DNA of 33,450 bases. Origin: a virus. Its lineage: Duplodnaviria; Heunggongvirae; Uroviricota; Caudoviricetes. Made by a program: the position numbers and the translations under genes. The stretch spans positions 134,648-168,097 of IMG/VR virus record IMGVR_UViG_3300042303_000041. One strand, given 5' to 3'. Shown piece by piece: positions 17,501 to 26,357 of this stretch. Numbering within the stretch: position 1 is the stretch's first letter; every line of letters starts with the position of its first letter. The notes beneath the pieces were generated by a model. It made no database searches and was not told where the DNA came from. It worked only from the letters and a program-made list of their open reading frames with translations.

Positions 17501-20500
17501 GTTCTTGCATTAAATATAATCTTTTCTGCAGGAGTGCAATACTCTTGTATGTTTCTTCCATCAAAGAATGGATAGAATACGGTATCACCCTTTAGACCCT
17601 TTGTCTGAACTGTCAAACGACGAGATCTCATATATGGAAGAATAGTAGTACTTAAAATCTTATCTTCTAAGACTCTTTCATCATAGATAGTCTTCACATA
17701 AGTTTCTGTTCCTTTTCTTGACTTAGGCACAGAAACTTGAACAGTAGAAACTGTAAATGACTGACTATTGACACCCCATCCACCAGCAAACCCACCACCA
17801 CCTACCGAGTATGCAGCGTATGTTTGTGAACTTGTAGTCTTTTCTGAACGACCTGCCCAATTCTTTTCCCAAGAACCCCATATAGTACCAAGTACACCTG
17901 CTTTCTCAGCAAGATTCTTAATAGTATTATAGTTACCTTCTTTTTCTTCAACAATAATATCTGGGCGACGCTTAACTTCAAACCATGTGTCACTTGCTGG
18001 AGTTATAGTCATGTTACCCAAGAATGTAAAGAACGCAAATGGGTTAATTTTTTCACTAGATGAAGATCTCACCTGTTCAATATACGTGGTTTCTGTAAAT
18101 GGTAATGTAATATACTTACCAGTCAAAGCATAGTTACGTGCAGTTCTATCGTTAGTTGATGATGCTACTTCTACGAATGGAATTTGGTCTTGGACAAAGA
18201 ATGGACGTAACATTCTAGATTCAAAATCAATAGAATTTAGATAATCTGGATTTGTAGTATCTCCAATGGCATGACCAGTAAAGTTATCTACAACAAAACC
18301 ATTTTTAAATTTCTCAAGACCATCAGCATCGCGTATCGTTAAATTCTGAGTTTCAGATTCAAGTAATGATAGAGATGTATAATATTCTAGGTTGTTAATT
18401 CTTTGCTCTAACTTACCAATATCAGCCATTGTATAACGTTTATTATCTACACCCTTAATCAAGATATTTGTAGAAGAAGTGCCGAACGTGTATGGTTGCA
18501 GTTGAATATCATACAACAAAACGTTGTCACTAATTTCTGGTGCTGCTGGTTGATTGACAAGTGTAGATACACCTTCGCTGATAGTAACTTTACCGTTACG
18601 ATCCATAAAGACTTTACACTTCTTGCCAAGATAATATTCTAGATCAAGAACCATGTCTGTGCCAAATTTAGGCATTAATGTTTCATCGTCTGTGAACACG
18701 ACAGCGCCTGTAAAGTTATCTGTTACTTTAGGTCTAAAGTCAATACAGTCTGCCAAGGCAAATCCGTTGTACACTGGAATTGTCTGGTAAGGAATACCAT
18801 CATATGATTTAACTGAGAAAAAGTCTCCAGATCCACTATGCTCATAATGCTCAAATACTATTCTAATAGGTGCTGTAGGTTTTGACTTACCATCCTTCAA
18901 TTGAATGAAAGAAATTCCATAGTATGAATCAGTTTGGTTTGTTATAAAGTTAAATCTATCTGTAATATTTGTGGTATATTGTCCAGATGGCTGACCCCAT
19001 GATCCAGTATCCATATTGACACTAACTATTCGAATACCATCAGCTTTACCTGTGTAGATAGCGTTAGATTCTCCAATAGATTTAGAAGTAACTGTATGCG
19101 TTACGCTCTTTAGAGTTTTGATCTTAGGGCTAGTAGTAACAGATGCATCTAATGTAGTTTGTATAACTACTTGTTGTCCGTTGTTAGAACCTAGTCCAGT
19201 GAATTCTATGGTAGTATTGTTATTAGAACGTGTTGCTCCAGAATATGTAAGATTCTGACCAGTTGCTCTGCTTACTAATTGATAAGACCCAATAGCTAAT
19301 GGATTTGCGAATTGGTATGGAGTATCGCAAGAAACAGCAACAGAGCCAGAAGCTATTGTGCCAATATACGTTCTTGTTGATGTGTATCTAACATCAGAAA
19401 CATTCTTGATTACAGGATATGGAAGTTTAAATATCAAGCTAGTTGCACCAGCATTGACAAGAGGACGGTACGCCTTTTCTATCTTTACACCTGATGTAGT
19501 GTTTCTTGTAAATATGTGAGCAGTTCCTGTGCCTACTGCAGTTATATCCATTTTACCAAGTGACCCACCAGTTTCTGCTCCAGTACGAGAATTATACAGA
19601 ACAAAAGAGTTTGGTGTTGGTGATGCACTAGTTCCTGCATAAACAAAGTAAGATCCACCGTCAACTAAGCCACCAATAGCATTAGCATCAAAAGATAGAG
19701 ATGATGTCTTTGTAACTACAGCATCCGCCATAGTCATAGAAGTAACTACAGTGTTAAGTGTAACTGTCATAGATCCTGATGCAGTATTCGCAAACACTAC
19801 AGCTGTACCACCACTAGAAGTAGAAATTGTAATCTTTTTCGCAGCAGTATCAATAGATCTAATAAAGTATGTAGTAGCTGCCAGCCCACCAAAAGCTGTA
19901 CCACTTAGTGTAATAGTATTACCCACTGCCATGCCAGCAACACTAGAAACAACTACAAAGTTTGTAGTCTTTTCTACACCAGTTGCTGTAGTAGTAACTG
20001 CAGTGATATCAAACTCTGTACCACCACTAGAAGTAGAAATTGTAGCAACATTAGCTGCAAGAGTTTTAATGAAGTAGTTAGTACCTGCTACAATACTGCC
20101 AAAAGTCGTGCCTGCAAAAGTTACTTTATCGTTAACAGCAATGTTAGTTGCATCAGAAAGAACAATAGTATTTGTAGAAGGAACGATACTGGTTACAGTT
20201 TTGGTTACTTCTGCTGTTAGATCAAGTGTTGCGCCACTAGGGGTTTCAGAGATAGTGAACGTTGTTCCGTTTGGAACAGTTTTCACATAGTAAGATTTAT
20301 TGGCTGAAATTCCAGCAATATTTGCACCGAATTTAATAACCTTTCCAGCACTTAACCCTGTAGTTGATGGAACTGTAATTACATCAGTTGTAGTATCTAC
20401 AGAAATAGAATCACCAGAAGAAGTTGAGATGGTACCAGCGTCATAGCTAACTTCAACGCCAGTGCTAAATCCATGAGCAGTTGAAGAAATCACATCAGTG

Positions 20501-22374
20501 CTAGTATTAACCACGCTTGCACTGGAAGCATCTATTACAATTGATGTTGTTCCTGCCACGTTCGTGTTAAGAGTCATAGCAGTGTTTGAAACTACAGTCT
20601 GCACTCTAGAATAGGTACCATTAATGTAAACATATTCACCAGCTTCATATTCTGTTAAGAATGATGTTCCTGTGCCAAATATAGATTTACCACTAATTAT
20701 AACTGTTCCTGAAGTTTGAACTGCATTTAATGCCAGATCAGCGGTGAATGTTGCTGATGTAGAAGCCGCAGGGATAACAATTTGTTTAATTCTGTTTGTG
20801 ATAGAATATCTTCTACCATTACCACTTGGAACCAAATCCATAACTACATTAAACAAGAACACTTTGTATCTTGCTTGTGAAGTACCCATAGCCCCTGATT
20901 CATATTCAATGGCTCTGATTCTAGCAGTTCCACGCTTGAGACCAGAAGATACGCCTAATGTTACTGTAGGATCTTCATAAAGTAGAACTTCAGGATATGT
21001 AGAAACGTCTGGGAATGAGTTTAGATTTTGAACAACAATATATTGCCCAAGATCAGTAGAAAACTGTAAGTCTTGGTCATTGCTAGTAGCTCTTGCCTTT
21101 AATAGTGGCGTATAGAATGTTGCTTTGGTTTCTACTTCATATCCAAAAATATAACCTTTACCAGCACCAAGACCGACAGCTAATTTAGCCTCGTCAGCCT
21201 CATGTTGGGTTGTAGTTGTATATGTAGTTGATGCAGTATAGACACCATTGTTATATGGAGGAACTGAGACTTCCTGCCACACAACAATACCAGTAGAACC
21301 AGCAGTGCTTCTTGGAGTTGTGTTTGAGTCTGAGAATCCAGTATTTAATGCACGATAGAAATTTTTAACACCACCAGCTGTTGTGTGCGCAACGATATCA
21401 TTTGCTAGATATGGTTTGTTTACAACATATGTTCCACGATCATTATTGCGGAACTCTTTAATGTTGATTGGGAAATTTTTAACTACGTAATTTCCAGACT
21501 CATCATATGTTCTGCGTGCCAGCGTGTGTTCTAATTCATTATAAAGAGTCTTGTTCACCAAATACTCTATGTTACCATTTTTGACTCTAAGAATTTCAAT
21601 AAAGTTAGTACCCTCACCAATCGTGAAATCATAAGACTTTTTAACAAGGTTTAAAGAAATAGTATAACGATGAGCGCCAGGAGCAGAATAGTTAAATGAC
21701 CCAGCAGCATTGTCTAATAAAGTCTCATCTTCTTCTGGTGTGACTGTATCTTCTACAATCTCTAGACAAATCTTTGCAGTAGGTGTTTTTGAGTATTTGT
21801 CGATAACGATTGTTTGGGCGTCAACTAAAACAAAGTTCTTCTTTACATAGAATACACCCTGCTGTATTGTAGCTCCAGAACTAACACCAGTAGCAGCACT
21901 AGACTGAACTGTTACACTAACGCCAGTTTCTTCAGACACTAAAGTTTCTGCAGCAGCAAACACTTTAGTTGTTCCATTAGTTCCAGAGTTAATATACTTA
22001 ACATAAACCATTGACGGATCGGCTGAGGTCTTAGTTGTATATGTTAAAACCTTTGCTCGCACACCTGTAGTCTGTCCAACTAAGATGTTACCGACTAACG
22101 CTGGTAAAAATCCATCCGTACCAGAAGTTCCAACTGTTGCTGTTAATTTAACATAAGAAAGCGCATTATCGAATCCAATTTCACCTGGAATGATAACAGA
22201 ACCTTCTTTAAATAAGTGGTCGCCGACTCTAGAGATTTGCGACTGCAGAATACTTTGAAGTTGATTTAGCTCTCTTGCTTGTACACCGTAACCAGGACGG
22301 AATAATATCTTTAAGAACTTCTTGTTTTCGTCAAAATCATCATAGTATGGTTCTGCATTGAAGTTGATTGTCAT
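14578..22374 (-). CDS. vrlC: VrlC-like large baseplate/virion structural protein (2598 aa; DUF4815-type)
   Basis: Hallmark N-terminus 'PYYDDFDxxKxFxxILFRPGxxVQARELNQLQSILQxQI...LFKEGS'. Internal 'LARRTYDESGNY', 'NRINNLEYYTSLSLLE', 'FKNGFVVDNF' and 'DPLAQTF'. C-terminal 'IKLVMxSxxxxxIPRIxDLRIIALA'. Follows gp8. Confidence 0.92.
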   Translation of the reverse strand: MTINFNAEPYYDDFDENKKFLKILFRPGYGVQARELNQLQSILQSQISRVGDHLFKEGSVIIPGEIGFDNALSYVKLTATVGTSGTDGFLPALVGNILVGQTTGVRAKVLTYTTKTSADPSMVYVKYINSGTNGTTKVFAAAETLVSEETGVSVTVQSSAATGVSSGATIQQGVFYVKKNFVLVDAQTIVIDKYSKTPTAKICLEIVEDTVTPEEDETLLDNAAGSFNYSAPGAHRYTISLNLVKKSYDFTIGEGTNFIEILRVKNGNIEYLVNKTLYNELEHTLARRTYDESGNYVVKNFPINIKEFRNNDRGTYVVNKPYLANDIVAHTTAGGVKNFYRALNTGFSDSNTTPRSTAGSTGIVVWQEVSVPPYNNGVYTASTTYTTTTQHEADEAKLAVGLGAGKGYIFGYEVETKATFYTPLLKARATSNDQDLQFSTDLGQYIVVQNLNSFPDVSTYPEVLLYEDPTVTLGVSSGLKRGTARIRAIEYESGAMGTSQARYKVFLFNVVMDLVPSGNGRRYSITNRIKQIVIPAASTSATFTADLALNAVQTSGTVIISGKSIFGTGTSFLTEYEAGEYVYINGTYSRVQTVVSNTAMTLNTNVAGTTSIVIDASSASVVNTSTDVISSTAHGFSTGVEVSYDAGTISTSSGDSISVDTTTDVITVPSTTGLSAGKVIKFGANIAGISANKSYYVKTVPNGTTFTISETPSGATLDLTAEVTKTVTSIVPSTNTIVLSDATNIAVNDKVTFAGTTFGSIVAGTNYFIKTLAANVATISTSSGGTEFDITAVTTTATGVEKTTNFVVVSSVAGMAVGNTITLSGTAFGGLAATTYFIRSIDTAAKKITISTSSGGTAVVFANTASGSMTVTLNTVVTSMTMADAVVTKTSSLSFDANAIGGLVDGGSYFVYAGTSASPTPNSFVLYNSRTGAETGGSLGKMDITAVGTGTAHIFTRNTTSGVKIEKAYRPLVNAGATSLIFKLPYPVIKNVSDVRYTSTRTYIGTIASGSVAVSCDTPYQFANPLAIGSYQLVSRATGQNLTYSGATRSNNNTTIEFTGLGSNNGQQVVIQTTLDASVTTSPKIKTLKSVTHTVTSKSIGESNAIYTGKADGIRIVSVNMDTGSWGQPSGQYTTNITDRFNFITNQTDSYYGISFIQLKDGKSKPTAPIRIVFEHYEHSGSGDFFSVKSYDGIPYQTIPVYNGFALADCIDFRPKVTDNFTGAVVFTDDETLMPKFGTDMVLDLEYYLGKKCKVFMDRNGKVTISEGVSTLVNQPAAPEISDNVLLYDIQLQPYTFGTSSTNILIKGVDNKRYTMADIGKLEQRINNLEYYTSLSLLESETQNLTIRDADGLEKFKNGFVVDNFTGHAIGDTTNPDYLNSIDFESRMLRPFFVQDQIPFVEVASSTNDRTARNYALTGKYITLPFTETTYIEQVRSSSSEKINPFAFFTFLGNMTITPASDTWFEVKRRPDIIVEEKEGNYNTIKNLAEKAGVLGTIWGSWEKNWAGRSEKTTSSQTYAAYSVGGGGFAGGWGVNSQSFTVSTVQVSVPKSRKGTETYVKTIYDERVLEDKILSTTILPYMRSRRLTVQTKGLKGDTVFYPFFDGRNIQEYCTPAEKIIFNARTGKSSIFDTVSRAGNNYSETARLFAGDSTDLSISVGDVLIEYNSAGTVATGVTAIVVGWEKYDAGPDAGKFAVYVVNRKYPVNATTTGFVAGNVIKGTLSEAEGAVVSATTTRAGGELRTSLQGSLNFIFYVPNTTAVKFNTGSNELALLDFETYDKKSSTSSATKAFTASGIYQERQNQIQRIRNGELATRQVSDSDIDKTTETRFSNSPGWYDPLAQTFLVQETNGVFVTSVDLYFYKKDVSAPVMIEIREVVNGYPGKTVLTTSKTQIAASEIKTSDNSSLATNIKFPSPTYLNGNTEYCLVLLSNSDVPEVFVAKQGELSKENGGQIDKQPYMGVFFKSQNASTWTAEQMTDMKFKLNKAAFTTNTVGSVAFENANVPDSSLQNNPLLFTAGSRKVRVSHDNHGMNTESVVAIKALPPVAIGEIYSAKNSAIVSGIGTKFATTNAIVPGAVIYREDGKVIGEVLSVASDTQLTLKSTSNSNYGIISNTEPFRFMNPLNGVSPNEIFKLDSNGNYLNHNIDSVELDSYVITIGSENLQTTLNTSTTSVTLSTGDTSNMFVGQPVIKTSGTGVFADSTTVASITNSSTFVLSAAPTTNGAIVFSVGDIPNVTGERGGDGVLASRDVPYDMFNPSINIENYTGTNSIITYQGVTGKSMDGAQTPYQTFLQANLPYTNTFSITPGEDNYTPVPMVIASKENSVAKDLNLSTLTSLRNTAIINAELITSNPDVSPIINIENVAITAVSNKTNNPSTSMNIDPIDYIEVVSADQGIVFDGTGVMVVQDSALYEAISGIISGQYIVISGSGVTQNNGTWFVTDVDPEGKSLTIQGVLNAKAASEPITIKALDRFFSERTPVGSSSINKYVTRKLKFANPCTSVKIKFDADVPPAANIGVYYKLNPSGTETDFNFVEYENARTTVPANLKSKDSSFFEHEIDLDDLPSFDAITIKLVMTSTDSTQIPRISDLRIIALA

Positions 22375-22405
22375 TTCTTAGCCTTCTTAATAACTTTAGC
22401 TATTA

Positions 22406-22413
22406 TATTTATA
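22406..22413 (-). promoter_or_regulatory. T4-type late promoter (TATAAATA) overlapping the gp8 stop codon, upstream of vrlC
   Basis: Exact consensus 32 nt before the ATG at 22374. GAAGG SD lies between them. Confidence 0.75.
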
Positions 22414-25400
22414 ACTTGAATCTAGTTGTTATCACCAGTGGCTGCTCATCACTTGGTGCAAATGGTGTTTTATTGTCAATAAAAATTAAGTCACCAGAGA
22501 ATCTATCGACATCTGGTTTTTCCACATACGTTATTGCATGGAAAACACCAGTAATGCTTCTCATAAAGTTTCCTGATTTTATTAGTTCGTCATTGTTATC
22601 TATTGCCTGCAAGATTAAAGAATTTGCAGCTTTTGCAATAACTTTGAATTTAACCGCAATGGAAGATGAAGTTACCGTTTGCGATGTGTATACAGTAACT
22701 ACAGAATTTAATGCTGCCGTAGTAGGTGTAGTTGCCACAGTAATTTTATAGCAGGTGCTGCCAGTAAAGTTATTGTAATTAAATACACTATTGAATTGGT
22801 TTGGTGACTTCAATACACAAACTTGACGTACACTAGTCAAAGCATCAAGTGGAACTGCCTTTACCGCAAGTTGAGACAAACGATTATACATTATAACTGT
22901 GCGACCGTTTAGCTCATCTACGCTGCTTTTTCCATGACCACCAATTGGTCCAATTATTGCTCTAGTTTGTGCACCAGATCCAACACCATTAATTGTTACA
23001 GTAGCATTAGTGTAATCTTTACCACGAGTTATAATGTTTATCTTTGTAACTACACCAGACTGTACGGTGGCAGTAGCAGTAGCACCTGTACCATCACCAA
23101 CTATAGAAACTGACGTACTTGCTTGAACATATCCAATGCCGCCAGAAACAATTTGGAAGTTGTCTATTGAACCATTGACTGCAGTAAGCTCAACCTGCGC
23201 TTGAACCGAGTTAACAGCACCAATAGACGTATCAATTGTTAATTGAGCATCAAATCCTGTTCCAGATGTTGGTGGTTTATTTCTTTTGACCTCGCATGCT
23301 GCATACGTATACCCAGTTCCACCATCAATAATAATAGCACCATGAATCTCACCGTTAGTTACATCTACAATAGGTTCGATATATGCCTTTGACTTTTCTG
23401 CAACAGATTGTAATGTTGGAATAGATGCAGTAGACAAATATGTAAGTGTAGCATCTCCGTTGGCTACTGCGCCAGTTGTATGTGATGGTGCAGAAGTGCC
23501 TAAATTATAAGGGTTTGTTACCGCAGTTACTTTGTAAATTCTATTTTGGTGTGTGATTTCTTGATTCAATGTAACAACAGCACCAGCCACCCATCCATTA
23601 GTGAATGATAAAAATGGGGTAGGAATAACGTTATAGCCATAACCAGGGTCAGTCAATACAGCACTCTTTATATATCCTGAAGATACTACACTATTTGCAG
23701 TAGCCTGAAATCCAACTGTCGTGTTGGTTAGAGTATGATTCGAACCAACACCAGCAGCTGTTATGTCAATTAAACCAGTTGCACCGCCAGCGAGTGCATT
23801 TGTTTGATTATTATATAACTTAACGACATTAGCAGATACTACGTTTGCGTAATATGTAGTTCCATTAGTCAATCCTGCTATAGCAGTTCCAGTACCGTTA
23901 GAATAAACTACAGCAGCACCTGTTTGAAAACCATGATTATTGTAAGTTATTGTATCATTGGCAACACTTACTGCAGTGGAACCATTAAATGTAATAGTTG
24001 GAGGTATGACAGTAACAGTTGGTGCTGTTGTATAATTTTGTCCAGCAGTCAATAATGTTATACTTTTGACAGATCCATTAGTTGGAGATAGAGAAGCAAT
24101 TGCTTCTGCGGGAACAATAGTTGCACTGGCGTCTAATCCATATGGAGTTATTACAACTAATGGTACTGTTGTATAACCAGTACCTTGATTAGTAACAACA
24201 ATAGAAGCTACAGAAGCATTAAGTACTGCAGTACCAGATGCTGGTGTGTCTGGTGTACCACCACTAAATGCAACTGATGGAGCATACAAGTATCCAGAAC
24301 CTCCAATAAGAGAAACACTTTGAACCAAACCGTTGAATATAGTTACTATACCAGAAGCTGCTACTCCAGCATATGCTAGTGTTGCAGTTCCATTGGTGGC
24401 AGAACCGCTGGTATGAGTTGGTGCAACTGTCCCTGTAGTTCCAGCGCCAGTAACTGTATACAATCTACCATCACGTGCTATTTGTTGATCCACTGTTAAA
24501 GCAGTAGTTTGTGCCCACTGCACTCCAATTGTGATTGTAGGAGCAGTATCATATCCTTCACCTGTAGTGCCAGAAGTAAAGTCTATTGATTCAATAGTAC
24601 CAGATAATCTAGCTGTAGCTGCAGCACCTGTTCCATTACCACCATTAAATGATATGGTCGGTGGTAAGCTATACCCAGAACCAATAACAGGAATACTAAT
24701 TATTGAGCTTATTGGAAATCCCAATGTGGCAGACGCTGTTGCGCCTGTACCACCTCCAGAAGTTATTGATACTGTAGGAACTTGAGTGTATCCAGAACCT
24801 GCGCTAGATAATGCAATATCAAGAACGTTAACGTTCACCACAACAGTTCCTGATGCAACGCTACCAGTTTGATATGGTGCTGGGAAATTAACTACCAATC
24901 CTTCGTTGCTAGTGTACCCAGATCCACCATCAACTACCGAAATCCCTGTCATTACATAAGGGTTTGCTTGTCTGTAACCATCACCAATAATTTCTAGTTC
25001 GGTGTTTAATTTTTTCGCTGGAGATAAAGATGTTACTCTCAATAGAGGTTCATTGTTTGCAATTGTTATTACATAATATGTAACACTTTCTACAACTTCA
25101 GTAGCTACAGATGCTACTGATCTAACTTCACCATTGACTTCAACTCTGTCTGTAGCAACTAGAGAAAGGATTGCAGAATTTGTACCATACAACTTTCTTA
25201 AGTTGGTTACACCACTAACAGTCTTAGTTGCTATACTTCCAAGACTTGTGTTTTCATGATACTTGGTTCCTTTAAGATTAAAGACAACCTGAGATAATCT
25301 ACCATCACTGTAGTATCCAGTTTGTAAAGCATTTACAACTGGCATCTGTGATGAGTTTAAAAATTTGTTTCGAAGATATAATGGAATGTTATACATGAAT

Positions 25401-25864
25401 TTCCACACATAACCATCTTCTACGATATTAATAAAACCTGTGGACTGACCTGTAGGCTTTACAGCCGACGAACTGTTTCTGTTATTTGAGATACATTTAT
25501 ATACATTAAATTCATCTGTTAAGATATAAAAATTTGATGTATCTAGTGAAGTAGCTCCAGAAAAAGCCACATTAGTTTCGCTGTAGTTATCGTATTGATC
25601 GTATACTGCGCCCAAGACCCAGTTGATACGATCAATAACTAAACATACATCATTTGATAAAATCTCTTGACATGTAACTATATTACTTCTGGTAGTATAT
25701 TCATATTCTAAAGTATCAATAGCCGATTGTGGAGTCTCCGCAAGATCCCATGGATCTGTTTTACCGAACGTATAGTAATACTTGTTCTTCTTGCTAAGAA
25801 TCTCATCTAAAAGAGTCTTAGCTAAAGAAGAATGTATCGCATTCTTTAGAATTGAAGTTGCCAT
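22409..25864 (-). CDS. gp8: Baseplate wedge protein gp8-like, greatly enlarged (1151 aa)
   Basis: N-terminal 'YYxTFGKxxPW...RxNW..G..YDxY...FYxLTxxxxVYKCIxN...DGYxWKxMY' and C-terminal 'xxSGDLIFIDN..P' match gp8-type proteins. The central ~700 aa consist of GxGY repeats plus inserted modules. Confidence 0.88.
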   Translation of the reverse strand: MATSILKNAIHSSLAKTLLDEILSKKNKYYYTFGKTDPWDLAETPQSAIDTLEYEYTTRSNIVTCQEILSNDVCLVIDRINWVLGAVYDQYDNYSETNVAFSGATSLDTSNFYILTDEFNVYKCISNNRNSSSAVKPTGQSTGFINIVEDGYVWKFMYNIPLYLRNKFLNSSQMPVVNALQTGYYSDGRLSQVVFNLKGTKYHENTSLGSIATKTVSGVTNLRKLYGTNSAILSLVATDRVEVNGEVRSVASVATEVVESVTYYVITIANNEPLLRVTSLSPAKKLNTELEIIGDGYRQANPYVMTGISVVDGGSGYTSNEGLVVNFPAPYQTGSVASGTVVVNVNVLDIALSSAGSGYTQVPTVSITSGGGTGATASATLGFPISSIISIPVIGSGYSLPPTISFNGGNGTGAAATARLSGTIESIDFTSGTTGEGYDTAPTITIGVQWAQTTALTVDQQIARDGRLYTVTGAGTTGTVAPTHTSGSATNGTATLAYAGVAASGIVTIFNGLVQSVSLIGGSGYLYAPSVAFSGGTPDTPASGTAVLNASVASIVVTNQGTGYTTVPLVVITPYGLDASATIVPAEAIASLSPTNGSVKSITLLTAGQNYTTAPTVTVIPPTITFNGSTAVSVANDTITYNNHGFQTGAAVVYSNGTGTAIAGLTNGTTYYANVVSANVVKLYNNQTNALAGGATGLIDITAAGVGSNHTLTNTTVGFQATANSVVSSGYIKSAVLTDPGYGYNVIPTPFLSFTNGWVAGAVVTLNQEITHQNRIYKVTAVTNPYNLGTSAPSHTTGAVANGDATLTYLSTASIPTLQSVAEKSKAYIEPIVDVTNGEIHGAIIIDGGTGYTYAACEVKRNKPPTSGTGFDAQLTIDTSIGAVNSVQAQVELTAVNGSIDNFQIVSGGIGYVQASTSVSIVGDGTGATATATVQSGVVTKINIITRGKDYTNATVTINGVGSGAQTRAIIGPIGGHGKSSVDELNGRTVIMYNRLSQLAVKAVPLDALTSVRQVCVLKSPNQFNSVFNYNNFTGSTCYKITVATTPTTAALNSVVTVYTSQTVTSSSIAVKFKVIAKAANSLILQAIDNNDELIKSGNFMRSITGVFHAITYVEKPDVDRFSGDLIFIDNKTPFAPSDEQPLVITTRFKL
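22931..24950 (-). repeat. Array of ~11 'SIxxxxxGxGYxxxPxVxI...GxGAxAxA' protein repeats in gp8
   Basis: Counted cores: GSGYTSN, GSGYTQV, GSGYSLP, GEGYDTA, GSGYLYA, GTGYTTV, GQNYTTA, GYGYNVI, GTGYTYA, GIGYVQA, GKDYTNA. Confidence 0.85.
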
Positions 25865-25871
25865 TTGAATA

Positions 25872-26348
25872 TTAGCTTACAGTGATTGTCCAAGTGATAG
25901 TGATAGTATCAGAAGTGGTTTTTGTAACTACACCGAATACGGTACGACATAACATTGTACCACTAGTCAATGCATTAAAAATACCAGCTTCTGTAATAGC
26001 ACCAGAATAAGCACCAGCAAAAGTTGCTTTATAGGTAACTTGGTTACCAGTAGAACTAACTTCTGTAAATGTAACACGTGCGCCGTTAGCAGTTCCTAGT
26101 GTCGTGTCGGTGCCAGCGTTAACGGCAACAACACCAGTACCGATACCCATGTGAGTCATGGCAGTTGGTGTGTTGGTAGTAGTCTTAATCATAGAGCCAG
26201 CAATAAAAGTCTTGCCAGTGGCAACAACTGTATTCTTAACTTTACGAACATCGACTAATTTACCGTCGGCATTAAATTTTTCGATTGTCAAGTAACCTAC
26301 TGGACTCAGTAGATCTTCAACATCATTTTTGTTTTCATTTTGGGTCAT
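25872..26348 (-). CDS. Putative virion structural protein (158 aa), beta-rich, resembling fibre-attachment/collar domains
   Basis: 'KNxVVxxG...MGxGTG...DTxL...R...VxYxATF...ITEAGIFN...GxMLxRTxFxxVxK...DxxxITWTITV' pattern. AGGA SD. Located between gp7 and gp8. Confidence 0.6.
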   Translation of the reverse strand: MTQNENKNDVEDLLSPVGYLTIEKFNADGKLVDVRKVKNTVVATGKTFIAGSMIKTTTNTPTAMTHMGIGTGVVAVNAGTDTTLGTANGARVTFTEVSSTGNQVTYKATFAGAYSGAITEAGIFNALTSGTMLCRTVFGVVTKTTSDTITITWTITVS

Positions 26349-26357
26349 ATTAATTCC

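Noticed and set aside
14578-25864. Inteins or introns as the explanation for the oversized VrlC and gp8
   Set aside because: No C/S...HN-C/S/T splice junctions or LAGLIDADG/HNH motifs were found, and the reading frames are uninterrupted. The inserts look like small structural beta-modules.
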